Counted from the first letter of the stretch, positions 38,518-47,751 are shown. The stretch: DNA of 64,000 nt from a virus (IMGVR_UViG_3300048588_000476:1845-65844), one strand, 5' to 3'. The notes: a model not told the origin generated them from the letters alone. Made by a program: numbers and translations.

Positions 38518-39893
38518 CAGTACCTCCCTTCTGCAAACGCACCCACCGGCACGCGCGCTGGATCAAGACGACGGCCACCCATGAGCCGCACGCCTTGGGC
38601 GTACACACCAGCGTTGCCGAGCGGATTGAGCATGGGCACGCCGTCGATGCCGAACGGAACAAGCAGCTCGCCGCGAGACCTTGTGTATCGAGACCACTGG
38701 ATCGGGCGAGACCCGACCCCGAGCGCCGGGGTCGCTACGATGCCCTGGACGAACAGCCCAACGTCTTCGAAGTAGTTGTTGCTCTCCACCTGTCCCGCAT
38801 TCTCCGCGAGGCGGATGCCGATTTCATACCCGCGGATCAGGTTGTTCATCACCACATTGCCGGAGTGCCCGCTCTCGCACTGGATCGCCTTCTGGTTCAG
38901 GGCGCCGATGTTGGCAACCGAGTTGATGAACGTGTTGTTGATGACGCGAGAACCGTTCGCTTCGCACCACACCCCGAAGTGCTGCCCCTCGCATCCTGTA
39001 TTCATAAACAGATTGCCGGTGATCGACGACGGGGAGAAGGCGCGAATCTGGAACAGCGCGTCGATGAAGATGTTGCCGTAGATGATTGCCGGTTTGTTTG
39101 TGTAGATGCCCTGCACGGCGCCGTTGCCACCGATGATGGTGTTCCCGTAGACAAGTCGGGGGGCAATGCCGGTCCCGGACGCGGAGTCGAAGATGATGAC
39201 TTGCTTGCCGACGTTGAGGCGTCCATCCATGTAGTTGTTTCGAACGACCGCACCCGCATCATCGCTCGACCCGTTGATGCAGTCGGAGAGGTTGCGCCCA
39301 TCCGTATTCATCCGCCAGATGCGGTTCTCCTCAATCAGAACATCCCAGCCGTGCCAGATGATCCCGTCGGTGCAGATGTTCCAGATGTTGCAGTTCCGAA
39401 CGACGTTGCCCCGCCCGCGCAAGCTGATTCCGTTGTTGAAGTCAGTGCCGGGGATACCATCGTGAATGTTGCACCGCTCGATCACGATCTCCATCGGGAA
39501 ACTGTGTTCTACCGGAGACACCGCGGCCGTGATTGCATTGCACACCGACGAGCCGTTGCCGATGTTCGAGACATCGAAATCCTGGATGTTCCAGAACCCA
39601 ACCCTGTTCGCGAGGTTGATCCCAAACTGCGTGGCCCCGTTGCCGACGACGACGGCCTTGTTACGCGTCGGATTTCCTGTTCCTATCTCGTAGGACCGCA
39701 GCGTCTTGCGTGCCGCGGCAGTACCGGAGACGTTCGGGTTGAGCGCGTTCCCCACGCCGCCGACCAGCGGCGCCCCCTCGACTTGCGCAAAGTCGTCGTC
39801 CGACGACCAGTTCATGCCTGCCCATGTGTTTTTGGGGTCGAGCAGCGTGCCCGCCCCGTTGGACGCCGCGGTCGGATTGACGAACACTGTCAT
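38517..39893 (-). CDS. right-handed beta-helix protein (pectate-lyase-like fold)
   Basis: VIERCNIHD, VVRNCNIWN, LIEENRI, VINNTF repeats. Confidence 0.75.
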   Translation of the reverse strand: MTVFVNPTAASNGAGTLLDPKNTWAGMNWSSDDDFAQVEGAPLVGGVGNALNPNVSGTAAARKTLRSYEIGTGNPTRNKAVVVGNGATQFGINLANRVGFWNIQDFDVSNIGNGSSVCNAITAAVSPVEHSFPMEIVIERCNIHDGIPGTDFNNGISLRGRGNVVRNCNIWNICTDGIIWHGWDVLIEENRIWRMNTDGRNLSDCINGSSDDAGAVVRNNYMDGRLNVGKQVIIFDSASGTGIAPRLVYGNTIIGGNGAVQGIYTNKPAIIYGNIFIDALFQIRAFSPSSITGNLFMNTGCEGQHFGVWCEANGSRVINNTFINSVANIGALNQKAIQCESGHSGNVVMNNLIRGYEIGIRLAENAGQVESNNYFEDVGLFVQGIVATPALGVGSRPIQWSRYTRSRGELLVPFGIDGVPMLNPLGNAGVYAQGVRLMGGRRLDPARVPVGAFAEGRY

Positions 39894-41263
39894 TAGAGGG
39901 ACCTCCTGCGGCGCGTTCCAGCAAGGGTGACGATGTTTCTCTGCTCGGGGTTTCTAACCCCGAAAGTATCGCGCACCGACTTGATGAGTCGCTCGCCATA
40001 CTTCACGCTAGGCGCAATATAAGCACCCTCGCCAATCTCGTTCCACGCGTAGATAATCGCCGTTTTATCCGTCAGCACTGGAAACTGATCAAGCCGTTGT
40101 TGGAGCGCCTTTACGTGTCGATCGAACTGTTCCGCCGTAGGAGAGCCAAGCGCCCTGCTACGAGTGGCGTTTGTGTCAACCACTGGGTAGCTTTCCGCCG
40201 GGTTTCTCCACGGGCGCACGTCAAACCCAGCCGATGCTTGAGGCCAAAACTTCATCAGCGTCCCGCTGGATTCAAGCGCCCAGTCCCAATCACTCCGCAA
40301 GCCATAGTCAATGTCGTCGAACGTTTCCCACAGCGGCCCTGCAGTTGCCAGCCCTGTGGAATTGTTATGGTTCGTGAACGACTGCACGCCTCGGTAGTTC
40401 GTAACCGCGTCAAACCCAGCTCGCTGAAGTATCCTACTTGCGCCAGAAATCCAGTACGGATACGCGGGGGAACACCCCACGAAATAGATCCCGGAAATTC
40501 CTGCGGCAACGGCACGCGATTTAGCGTCGTCCAGCATCCATTTCATGGACGCCGCCCACGTCAGGTCGTCAGGCGCTCCGAGCAACGTCCACCGTGCCGA
40601 GTCGGTCGTCATGGCAGCAGCGGACGTATGCGCGGAGTTGCACTCGTAGTAGGCGCGAGACGTGCCCCCAAGCGCGTTACCCGCATCTCGCACGACCTGA
40701 TTGAGCCCGTACGCCTTAGAAGGAACCCACGCCCCCACGTACGTTTTTGTTGGGTGGTGTTGCACCACCCACGACGGGTTTTTGAAGAAGTCGTCAACCC
40801 CGAAGATGATAACCACCGGTTTCCCGTCTTGTGTCAACATCTCGGGTCGCGCAAGGTAGTTTGCAATCCAGAAGTCCACAAGCGCTCGCCACTGCGTGAG
40901 GCTGTCGTTACTGTTGCGGGCATGATTCGCGAACAACAGACAGAACTTCATACGGTGGCGAAACTTCGACTTCAGGAAGTTGCGAAGCGCCCATTGGTGG
41001 AAGGTCGAGGAGCCTGACCAATAGGTGCAGAAGGCAAAAAAATCGATACCGAAGTCAGCTGCTTTATTGATGGACCAATCCATGGTCCATTGCTCAGCTT
41101 CGTTAAAATATCCGATTGCTGGCCTGCGCTCGGCGTACTGCGGCGCCCCAAGATAGATGTGGTTGGTCGTGTCGTTTACCGCCCACGGATTCGGTCGCCA
41201 CGTTACCCCGGGCTCCCCAATTACCCACCCGCCAAAGTAGTAGGCGCCGATTCGGTACGTCAT
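39893..41263 (-). CDS. GH99-like/WbsX-family glycoside hydrolase with inserted CBM5/12-like module
   Basis: GAYYF, PAIGYF, GIDFFAFCTYW, KFCLLFANH, DGKPV, YAWNEIGEG; insert AWVPSKAY..NQVV...YYEC..AHTS...W. Confidence 0.75.
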   Translation of the reverse strand: MTYRIGAYYFGGWVIGEPGVTWRPNPWAVNDTTNHIYLGAPQYAERRPAIGYFNEAEQWTMDWSINKAADFGIDFFAFCTYWSGSSTFHQWALRNFLKSKFRHRMKFCLLFANHARNSNDSLTQWRALVDFWIANYLARPEMLTQDGKPVVIIFGVDDFFKNPSWVVQHHPTKTYVGAWVPSKAYGLNQVVRDAGNALGGTSRAYYECNSAHTSAAAMTTDSARWTLLGAPDDLTWAASMKWMLDDAKSRAVAAGISGIYFVGCSPAYPYWISGASRILQRAGFDAVTNYRGVQSFTNHNNSTGLATAGPLWETFDDIDYGLRSDWDWALESSGTLMKFWPQASAGFDVRPWRNPAESYPVVDTNATRSRALGSPTAEQFDRHVKALQQRLDQFPVLTDKTAIIYAWNEIGEGAYIAPSVKYGERLIKSVRDTFGVRNPEQRNIVTLAGTRRRRSL

Positions 41264-41736
41264 CAGTCAAAAATTCCGTACGCGCCAATCTGCACAAGGC
41301 TCATGGTGCCCGCACATGCAATGGTAATGCCCCAACCGCCGTTTTGTGAGCGCATCCCCCGCGGCAACATTACGGTGGCCGTCGCCCCCGCAGCCAGAGT
41401 CTTCAGCGCGCCCAAGTCAACCCACGCGAGCGTGGTTGCCCCGTCCTGAAGCGTTGCGGAAGTGATATTCGAAGCGCTGCCATTGAAAAGCGTGATTCCG
41501 TAGACAACGTTGCCTACAGCTCCGGTAACGCCAAGCGACTTTCGAACCCCGGTGGCCGTTCCGCTAAACGTGCTGGGCCAGTAGTCGATAGCGTCGACAG
41601 TCTCCTGCACCCCGAGGTTTGGGTTCTCCCCCGCCAGCAAATTCGATATTTGGACTTTCTGCGTGCCGTCGTCCGTCACCCGCATGGGCATCGGAAGGTT
41701 ACTTCCGTCCGGCATCCCGGTGCTTACGTCAGACAT
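41263..41736 (-). CDS. hypothetical virion protein
   Basis: 157 aa beta-rich ORF; TGATG-coupled to next gene. Confidence 0.6.
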   Translation of the reverse strand: MSDVSTGMPDGSNLPMPMRVTDDGTQKVQISNLLAGENPNLGVQETVDAIDYWPSTFSGTATGVRKSLGVTGAVGNVVYGITLFNGSASNITSATLQDGATTLAWVDLGALKTLAAGATATVMLPRGMRSQNGGWGITIACAGTMSLVQIGAYGIFD

Positions 41737-41745
41737 ACGCCACCT

Positions 41746-41979
41746 CTATTTGAGTATGCGCGGGGGGCTGTCGAGCCCCTCCAGAATCTTGCCCGTGGTG
41801 TAGTACACCCCTTGGGCCTTGTATACGTCGTTGCCTTCGCCGGTTGCCGCATCGTGCGCGGCCATCTGGCGAAGGTGGTCGATTACCTCACGCAGTTTTG
41901 CTACCAGCGGGTCGCTTCTTTGCTGGTGCAGCTCCGCCAGCAGGCTTTTCACCGCCACCCGTCTCGATTGATAGTCCAC
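41746..41979 (-). CDS. small helical protein downstream of portal
   Basis: GTG start overlapping the portal 3' end; VYKAQG motif. Confidence 0.5.
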   Translation of the reverse strand: MDYQSRRVAVKSLLAELHQQRSDPLVAKLREVIDHLRQMAAHDAATGEGNDVYKAQGVYYTTGKILEGLDSPPRILK

Positions 41980-44002
41980 GTTCCAGCGTCTCCAGCATGG
42001 TGTTGACCTGCTCGCCCGCCGCATTCGCGGAGTTCTTCTCCGCCTGCGTGAGGTTCTTGACCGTCTCCGCGAGGACCTTGCGGACCTCTGCCCGGACCAT
42101 TTCCTCTTGCTGCGCGGCCGTCTTCTGTGCTTCTTCCGCCCGGCTCTGCTTGATCCGCACGGCTTCTTCGTCAGACACGATGACGTGGCGCGGGAGGTCG
42201 CGCGTGGCGAACCGTTCCTTCAGCAGCTCGAACCGGTCCACGTAGGGCATGTCTTCTTCGTGGAGCGTCGCCATCATGTTGTCCACCTGCAGCCCGCGAA
42301 CTTCCTTCGCTACGAGGCTGCTGGCGCCCCGGGCGACGATCTGGAAGTCCCCTTTGATGTCCGTCCGGTTCGAGAACAGGTGGTTGAACGCCACCAGCGC
42401 GCTGATCACCGAGCGCGTGAACGAGTCGAAATTCCGTACCACGTCCTTGAACGGCAGCGCCGCGTCGCCCCGGAGCATGGATGCACCTGCCGCGGTCCGG
42501 AACGGCTCGCTGGGGCCTTTCTGCTGATCCCCACCGGTCTGCGGGCCGACGAACGTCTCCTGATCCGCCCGATTGTCGAACATCTCGATGATCTGCAGCA
42601 GCTCGGGGATGTGCGCGTCGTAGCTGATCGGCCGCACCGCTTGGTTCGCCGCCTCCGGCCCCACCCCTTCCGTGTACCACACCTTGAACGGCGTGATCGT
42701 CGTCTGGTCCTGCCCGGGGTACAGCCGGTCCACGTTGACTTCCGCGCTGGGCGTGCACGCCACGGACGCGTTGTCCATCAGCAGCATGGTCGCCGCCGTG
42801 GCGCCCATCTGCGAGTCCCGCATGATGCTCGGGAGCCCGTTGCCCAACAGGGACGTCTCGTCGTGCTCAAAAATGAACTGGTGGTACATCGTGACGGCGT
42901 AGTTCGTATCCGCCTCGACCCACGGATCAAGATCGACCTTGATGACGGTCTCGTCGATCATCCAGACGTCCGCCATCAACTCTTCCGTCCGCATGTTCTC
43001 GGGGACGTCGACCCCACCCGCTGCCAGCTCGGTGCCCGCCACGTAGCCGTGCCACTGGATGACCTCGTACTTGCGCCCGTTCTGGTCGCCCACGAAGTTC
43101 TGCACCCCCATGGCTTTCAGCTCAACCTCGTGGGGCTGGCGCTTGTAGTTGCCCTGCTGGTGCTCGGCGAGGTACTTCAGGATCGCCTCGCCCCGGAAGT
43201 CCGAGCGGTCGGCGAGCTTGCGGAGCTGGTGCCGCGACATGATGTGGCGCTCAAACTGCCCGTCCATCTGGGCAAACGTCTTCGCTGACATGTCGGGGTA
43301 GTAGTCCCACACCGACACGAACTCGAACATGGGCCGTTTCGCCTGATCCATGGTCGCGATGTAGGTGTTGGTCGCTGGGTCTTTCGTCCACCGCCGCACC
43401 GGCTGCTCACGGACGAACGGGCCTTTCATCACGCCGCAGCCGTACTGCACCGCCGACAGAATGACCATCTTGCACAGAGCGACGTAGTCGAGCGTCTTGT
43501 CCCCGCCCAGCTCGTCGAGCTGGTCCTGCACCTCGTTGCACAGGTTGTCCGCCCGATCCTGAGCGAACTTCCGGATGGCCTCCTCGACCGCGGAGTCCTC
43601 CAGCTCGTTGCCCGCGTCCGCCGCGAGCTGCTCCAGCACCAGTTGGAGGTCTTCCGGGGCCAGATTCGGCACCATGGAGGGGGCCAGCGTCCAATTCTTT
43701 TCGGACGTGGGGAAGAGCAGGTTCATCAGTCGCGCGACCATGCTCATGACCTTGACCCGCGTCAGGCGCGGGTACGCTCGCGAGCGCGTCGCATCGAGCG
43801 CGGCTTTCACCTCCGGGTCGTGCTCGCCGAGGAACTGCCGGGCGTTCTGCAGCCACTTCAGTTCCGCCTGCCTCCGGTCGCGCACGTACTCGTCAAACCG
43901 GCGACGCAGAGTCTGCCCAAGCCGAACCACCATCTCGTCCGGCGTGAGCTGGGGGGTCTGTGGCTGGTCCTGCGTGGCTACCGGGAACTCCGCCATGGGC
44001 AC
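41888..44002 (-). CDS. portal protein
   Basis: directly after terL; TRVKV, LLFP, WDYYPD, RTAAGASML, KDVVRNFD motifs. Confidence 0.85.
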   Translation of the reverse strand: MPMAEFPVATQDQPQTPQLTPDEMVVRLGQTLRRRFDEYVRDRRQAELKWLQNARQFLGEHDPEVKAALDATRSRAYPRLTRVKVMSMVARLMNLLFPTSEKNWTLAPSMVPNLAPEDLQLVLEQLAADAGNELEDSAVEEAIRKFAQDRADNLCNEVQDQLDELGGDKTLDYVALCKMVILSAVQYGCGVMKGPFVREQPVRRWTKDPATNTYIATMDQAKRPMFEFVSVWDYYPDMSAKTFAQMDGQFERHIMSRHQLRKLADRSDFRGEAILKYLAEHQQGNYKRQPHEVELKAMGVQNFVGDQNGRKYEVIQWHGYVAGTELAAGGVDVPENMRTEELMADVWMIDETVIKVDLDPWVEADTNYAVTMYHQFIFEHDETSLLGNGLPSIMRDSQMGATAATMLLMDNASVACTPSAEVNVDRLYPGQDQTTITPFKVWYTEGVGPEAANQAVRPISYDAHIPELLQIIEMFDNRADQETFVGPQTGGDQQKGPSEPFRTAAGASMLRGDAALPFKDVVRNFDSFTRSVISALVAFNHLFSNRTDIKGDFQIVARGASSLVAKEVRGLQVDNMMATLHEEDMPYVDRFELLKERFATRDLPRHVIVSDEEAVRIKQSRAEEAQKTAAQQEEMVRAEVRKVLAETVKNLTQAEKNSANAAGEQVNTMLETLERGLSIETGGGEKPAGGAAPAKKRPAGSKTA

Positions 44003-46339
44003 CTACCGTAGGGCATACAGATTCGGGAAGCGAGGGGGCTTGAAGCCGCTGTTGGTCCGCTTCAGGTTGCGGTCGGTCTGGTTCCTGCAATGCTTCGCCA
44101 GATACTGCACCGCGTCGGCGGGGTGGCTGTACTGGTTCTTGTCCGGCTCCGCTTTCTCCAACCCGCTCTTGGGAACAGTATACCGGTAGCCGCCCTCCAG
44201 TGCACGAATTGTGACCTTGCAGCTGGGGTCGATCAACAACGCCGGACCCACCGTGGTGAGGTTCGTCATGTAGTGCTCAACCGCCGCCAGTCGGGGCGGG
44301 AGGGTGTTGTTGGTGTCAAAGCGCACGTCGAAGTGCTTCCGGTACTCGTCCACCACCGTGCGCTCGTCCGACTGTGCACGGGTGTTCGCCGCCGGGTCCG
44401 CGGCCACCTGCACACGGTAGCCGGGGTATTTCGCCCGCAGCAACGGCCTCAGCCGCTCCGCAATGACCCTTGAGGCCCCCATATTCTGGGTAATCACCTC
44501 GTCGTAGACCAACAGCCGACCGTGCATGTCCTCCTGCCCGATGACCACTGCACCGTGCTGCACCCCCGGGTCCACGCCAAGAACGAGAGGCAGGTACGGA
44601 TTCGCCCGCAACGGGCTAGGCGACACGTGGTAGAGCCTGCGAAACATGGGGAATACCGGCTGCCCGTCGAGGCTGTGCCCCCACTGGCACATGATGAACT
44701 GCTTCACCCACTCGTCCGATTTGCCTTCCTTCAACGAGGTGTAATACGCCGCTTTACCCGGCAGATTGTCGATGTTTTCTGCATCTGGGCTGTCCCCCGC
44801 CGGCTGTATGAACAGCCGCGTGTGCGACGCCAAGTCGTCCTCAATGAGGTATTTATACCACCAGCTGTCCTCGTTGCCCGGGTTGGACGACCCCCACATG
44901 CCCCAGTTTGTTGCACCGCCATGGATGGCCGGCGGGTACCGTCCTGCCCGCGCTGCAATGGCCTCCACCACCTCTTTGGCGATGGTCACGAACTCGTCCA
45001 AGATCACGAACGTCACTTCGAGGGAGAGCACCCGTGCCACGTCGTCCGCCGTGTCGAGGGCTCGAAACAGCACCTCGCACTCGATGTCGCCAAACTTCAG
45101 CACGAATGTCTTGTCGGTGGCCCGCCACGTCCCCGCCACGCCGTCTTGGAACCAATACAACCATGACGGAATCGTCGTGTCCCGCAGCTGCGGAAACGTG
45201 TTCCGCACCACCACTGCTTTGCTGCGACGTATGCCGTCGATCGGACTGCGGGCCTGCAGCTGGGCCATGTAGATCAACTTGAAGAAGATGCCTGTCGTCT
45301 TCCCGCTATTCCCTGTGACAAACACGCGATTGTTGTGCCGCACCACAAAAAACCCGCTGGGCACCACGAAGCAATACTTTCGTCCGTCTGTAGAGCGTAC
45401 CCGGGAAATTTGTGTTTCTGCGCGCACCATCGCTCTGTTTTTGGCGTTGTCGCTGGTACGCACGTTGACTGTGTACCCCGGGTTCCAGTGCAGGTGTTCG
45501 AGGTATTTTTCTTGGTGAATTGTTGCACGGCGCCCTGTTGCATGCGCCGCATACTGCATGAAGTCCGCGCACGGTTTACTTGTCGTGCTGAACCGAATCT
45601 CGTCATGCTCGTGCAGCCCGTCCCAATGCGTCATTTCGTCGAGCACGATTTTCAGCTGTTCCGCAGACGCTCCGTACCACTCCGGGCCGTACGTCTTGCC
45701 CCGATACCCGTTCGGGGGGTCGTAGCGGAACACTGTCTCCGTCGGCCGCGCCGGGTACGTGGTTTCGGTAAACGCCACGTTCATTCGGGCGAGCAACGCC
45801 CGCAGCCTCGCCTTCTTGCGCTCCTTCCGGAGGGTGACCGACACTTTCTGCCCCGCCCGAGGCACGTGCCCGTCGGCATGAAACATCACCGCGTAGCGAA
45901 TTTCGTTCTCGGTCGCCGTGAACGTCTTTGTCGTTGTTGTGAAAGTTGTGGGTATTGTGCGCCTGCTAGGTGCCCGTTCCATCTCTGCAGCGGTGCACAC
46001 CTTAAACCGACCTTGGTAGTCGTAGTACGGCACTCGGTGCTCTTCCGACAACGCCATCTGCAGCGACCCGGAGTCGAACAAGATGAACTCGTCGCACGGG
46101 AGGTCAATATGGTCCGTAGGGTGCACGAACGTTGCCTGCCCGTCCGGCGTCCACTGCATTACCATATCCCCCGGCGTGTAGCTGTCCATGCGCCTCCACC
46201 CGGCGGGCGTCAGGAACTCTGTTTCCGCGGGCAGACATCCGACCGGGCCGATGATGAAGTCAAAGAAGAGCTGCCCGTCCAGCTTGTCGACTATGAAGTC
46301 CCGGACGGTCGGCGGCGGTGTGTAGTTGATTGCCGCCAT
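44003..46339 (-). CDS. terL: terminase large subunit, intein-containing
   Basis: Walker A GPVG|SGKT split by intein, VVRNTFPQL, ILDE Walker B, SNP motif, nuclease GVDPG and HPADAVQY. Confidence 0.93.
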   Translation of the reverse strand: MAAINYTPPPTVRDFIVDKLDGQLFFDFIIGPVGCLPAETEFLTPAGWRRMDSYTPGDMVMQWTPDGQATFVHPTDHIDLPCDEFILFDSGSLQMALSEEHRVPYYDYQGRFKVCTAAEMERAPSRRTIPTTFTTTTKTFTATENEIRYAVMFHADGHVPRAGQKVSVTLRKERKKARLRALLARMNVAFTETTYPARPTETVFRYDPPNGYRGKTYGPEWYGASAEQLKIVLDEMTHWDGLHEHDEIRFSTTSKPCADFMQYAAHATGRRATIHQEKYLEHLHWNPGYTVNVRTSDNAKNRAMVRAETQISRVRSTDGRKYCFVVPSGFFVVRHNNRVFVTGNSGKTTGIFFKLIYMAQLQARSPIDGIRRSKAVVVRNTFPQLRDTTIPSWLYWFQDGVAGTWRATDKTFVLKFGDIECEVLFRALDTADDVARVLSLEVTFVILDEFVTIAKEVVEAIAARAGRYPPAIHGGATNWGMWGSSNPGNEDSWWYKYLIEDDLASHTRLFIQPAGDSPDAENIDNLPGKAAYYTSLKEGKSDEWVKQFIMCQWGHSLDGQPVFPMFRRLYHVSPSPLRANPYLPLVLGVDPGVQHGAVVIGQEDMHGRLLVYDEVITQNMGASRVIAERLRPLLRAKYPGYRVQVAADPAANTRAQSDERTVVDEYRKHFDVRFDTNNTLPPRLAAVEHYMTNLTTVGPALLIDPSCKVTIRALEGGYRYTVPKSGLEKAEPDKNQYSHPADAVQYLAKHCRNQTDRNLKRTNSGFKPPRFPNLYALR
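45308..46237 (-). mobile_element. intein (310 aa) with probable LAGLIDADG-type endonuclease region
   Basis: starts CLPAETEFLTPAGW, block B SEEHRV, ends FVVRHNNRVFVTGN before Ser; MFHADG and THWDG blocks. Confidence 0.9.
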
Positions 46340-46347
46340 GTTATGCC

Positions 46348-46445
46348 ACGACCGTGCTCGGCCCTACCGCGCTGTCTTCGACAGCAGGGCCTCCGCGCGG
46401 AGGGGCTGGCACCGCAGGTGCCGTGGGAGCCCCGAGCACGGTCGT
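46348..46445. repeat. 98-bp multi-hairpin element, copy A
   Basis: 14-bp terminal inverted repeat ACGACCGTGCTCGG enclosing three small hairpins; lies inside a 40-codon ORF 46341-46463(-). Confidence 0.9.
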
Positions 46446-46462
46446 AGGAAATTGCGGGCGCA

Positions 46463-46729
46463 TTACACCCCAGCCTTGGTGATGCCGCCGTACGTCATGG
46501 GGCCGTGGCTGTGGCCGAGCGACGCCAGCCGCCGAATCTGTGCTTCCAGCGTTCGAACGCGGTCTTCCAGCGCCGATACCCGGGCCTCCCACACGCGGTC
46601 GGCAGAGGGCGTGTCAGGGCACCACGGGGCGGGGTACGTGGGGTAGTGGGATTCGTGCAGGGCTCCGCACGCAGGAGCCGGCGCCGAAGGCGCCGTGGGG
46701 GCGACGAGTACGGTCGTGGGATGGTTCAT
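46463..46729 (-). CDS. hypothetical protein (88 aa) with degenerate copy of the 98-bp element at its 5' end
   Basis: ATGA overlap with terS stop; starts MNHPTTVL; short coiled coil. Confidence 0.5.
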   Translation of the reverse strand: MNHPTTVLVAPTAPSAPAPACGALHESHYPTYPAPWCPDTPSADRVWEARVSALEDRVRTLEAQIRRLASLGHSHGPMTYGGITKAGV

Positions 46730-47211
46730 TCGCCCTCCAGCTGGGCAAGCGGGTTGATGGTGATGGTCATGGGGTCCGATGCACCTGTCTTGGGTGCCGG
46801 TGGGGCAAGGTTGATGTTGATGCTGAACCCGTTGCCTGCCGCTTGTGTGGACGCCGGTCCCTTGCCTGCACTGTCGAACCCGGCCACCCGCGCGGTGAAT
46901 TTGATCAAGTCTGCCCGTACCGCCGGGGGTATGGCGGTGTCTTGGATCATGTTGTACGACGTCTGCAGCAGCGCCTCCGCTTGCATCTGTGCCTTGACCC
47001 GGTACGAGAACCCTTCTTCCTGTGCCTGCTTTACCGCCTCTTTGACCGCCTGCTTGAACGCATCGTTGTTCTTCAGATTTGTCCACGTTTCCTCGTCGAT
47101 GCCGTATGCATCCAGCAGCTCAGGCAGCGGGGAGATGCGCAGGGCCATCTCGACCGGCAGTGTAGCCGGCCAGCCGATGGTAGCGGGGTCGATAGTCAAG
47201 TCGGTTACCAC
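46726..47211 (-). CDS. terS: putative terminase small subunit
   Basis: GTG after AGGAG; helical; C-terminal FSININL; upstream of terL. Confidence 0.65.
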   Translation of the reverse strand: MVTDLTIDPATIGWPATLPVEMALRISPLPELLDAYGIDEETWTNLKNNDAFKQAVKEAVKQAQEEGFSYRVKAQMQAEALLQTSYNMIQDTAIPPAVRADLIKFTARVAGFDSAGKGPASTQAAGNGFSININLAPPAPKTGASDPMTITINPLAQLEGE

Positions 47212-47228
47212 AAACGTGCTCCTATGCC

Positions 47229-47326
47229 ACGACCGTGCTCGGGGCTTTCCCGGCACCTGCGGTGCCAGCCCCTCCGCGCGGAGGCCCTGCTGTCGAAGAC
47301 AGCGCGGTAGGGCCGAGCACGGTCGT
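47229..47326. repeat. 98-bp multi-hairpin element, copy B (interior inverted relative to copy A)
   Basis: same flanks and terminal IR as copy A; interior is its reverse complement; lies inside a 38-codon ORF 47222-47338(-). Confidence 0.9.
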
Positions 47327-47334
47327 AGGATGGT

Positions 47335-47481
47335 TCATGGGTTCTTCTTCGCAAGGCGCCACGCCCGCATGACTGCAGCGTAGCACTGCTTGCAATACGC
47401 AGCCAGCCCATCCCGCTCGTTTCGGTTACGAGAGAAGTCGCTGGAAGGCTTGTTGGTAGAACATTTTGGGCAACGTTTCAT
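47335..47481 (-). CDS. small zinc-finger protein (48 aa)
   Basis: MKRCPKC...F.RN...DGL..YCKQC; below the ORF-track cutoff. Confidence 0.6.
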   Translation of the reverse strand: MKRCPKCSTNKPSSDFSRNRNERDGLAAYCKQCYAAVMRAWRLAKKNP

Positions 47482-47487
47482 CGTGAA

Positions 47488-47515
47488 AGTATGCCTGTTG
47501 ACGAAAATTTGTCAA
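47488..47515 (-). promoter_or_regulatory. putative leftward sigma70 promoter for packaging/late genes
   Basis: TTGACA-16-CATACT on - strand; overlapped by palindrome GTTGAC-N8-GTCAAC (47497-47516). Confidence 0.5.
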
Positions 47516-47522
47516 CCGGTGA

Positions 47523-47555
47523 AGCGTGAAAGTAGCGTGAAAGTAGCGTGAAAGC
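47523..47555. repeat. 11-bp tandem repeat x3 (AGCGTGAAAGT)
   Basis: seen directly; a fourth CGTGAAAGT at 47482. Confidence 0.85.
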
Positions 47556-47672
47556 GATAAAACGACAGGAATTTTAAGTATGGAACAGGCACTTCGTGGG
47601 GGCCGGCGCCGGGCGGAAAACCCCCTCGGGGGGTCGATCCGGAAAAAGGATTCTTATGCAAGGCGGGGCGGG

Positions 47673-47701
47673 TTGACAACGGAAGGCGGGGCAGGTAGAG
47701 T
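47673..47701 (+). promoter_or_regulatory. putative sigma70 promoter
   Basis: TTGACA-17-TAGAGT upstream of gene at 47752. Confidence 0.55.
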
Positions 47702-47751
47702 GCATCCATCGACAGAGCAATACCGCTCTTCGGTAACTCAGGAGAAACACC

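Noticed and set aside
46348-47326. 98-bp elements as tRNA genes
   Set aside because: The shape is cloverleaf-like, but there is no T-loop GTTC, D-loop or 7-nt anticodon loop, and the closing stem is 14 bp.
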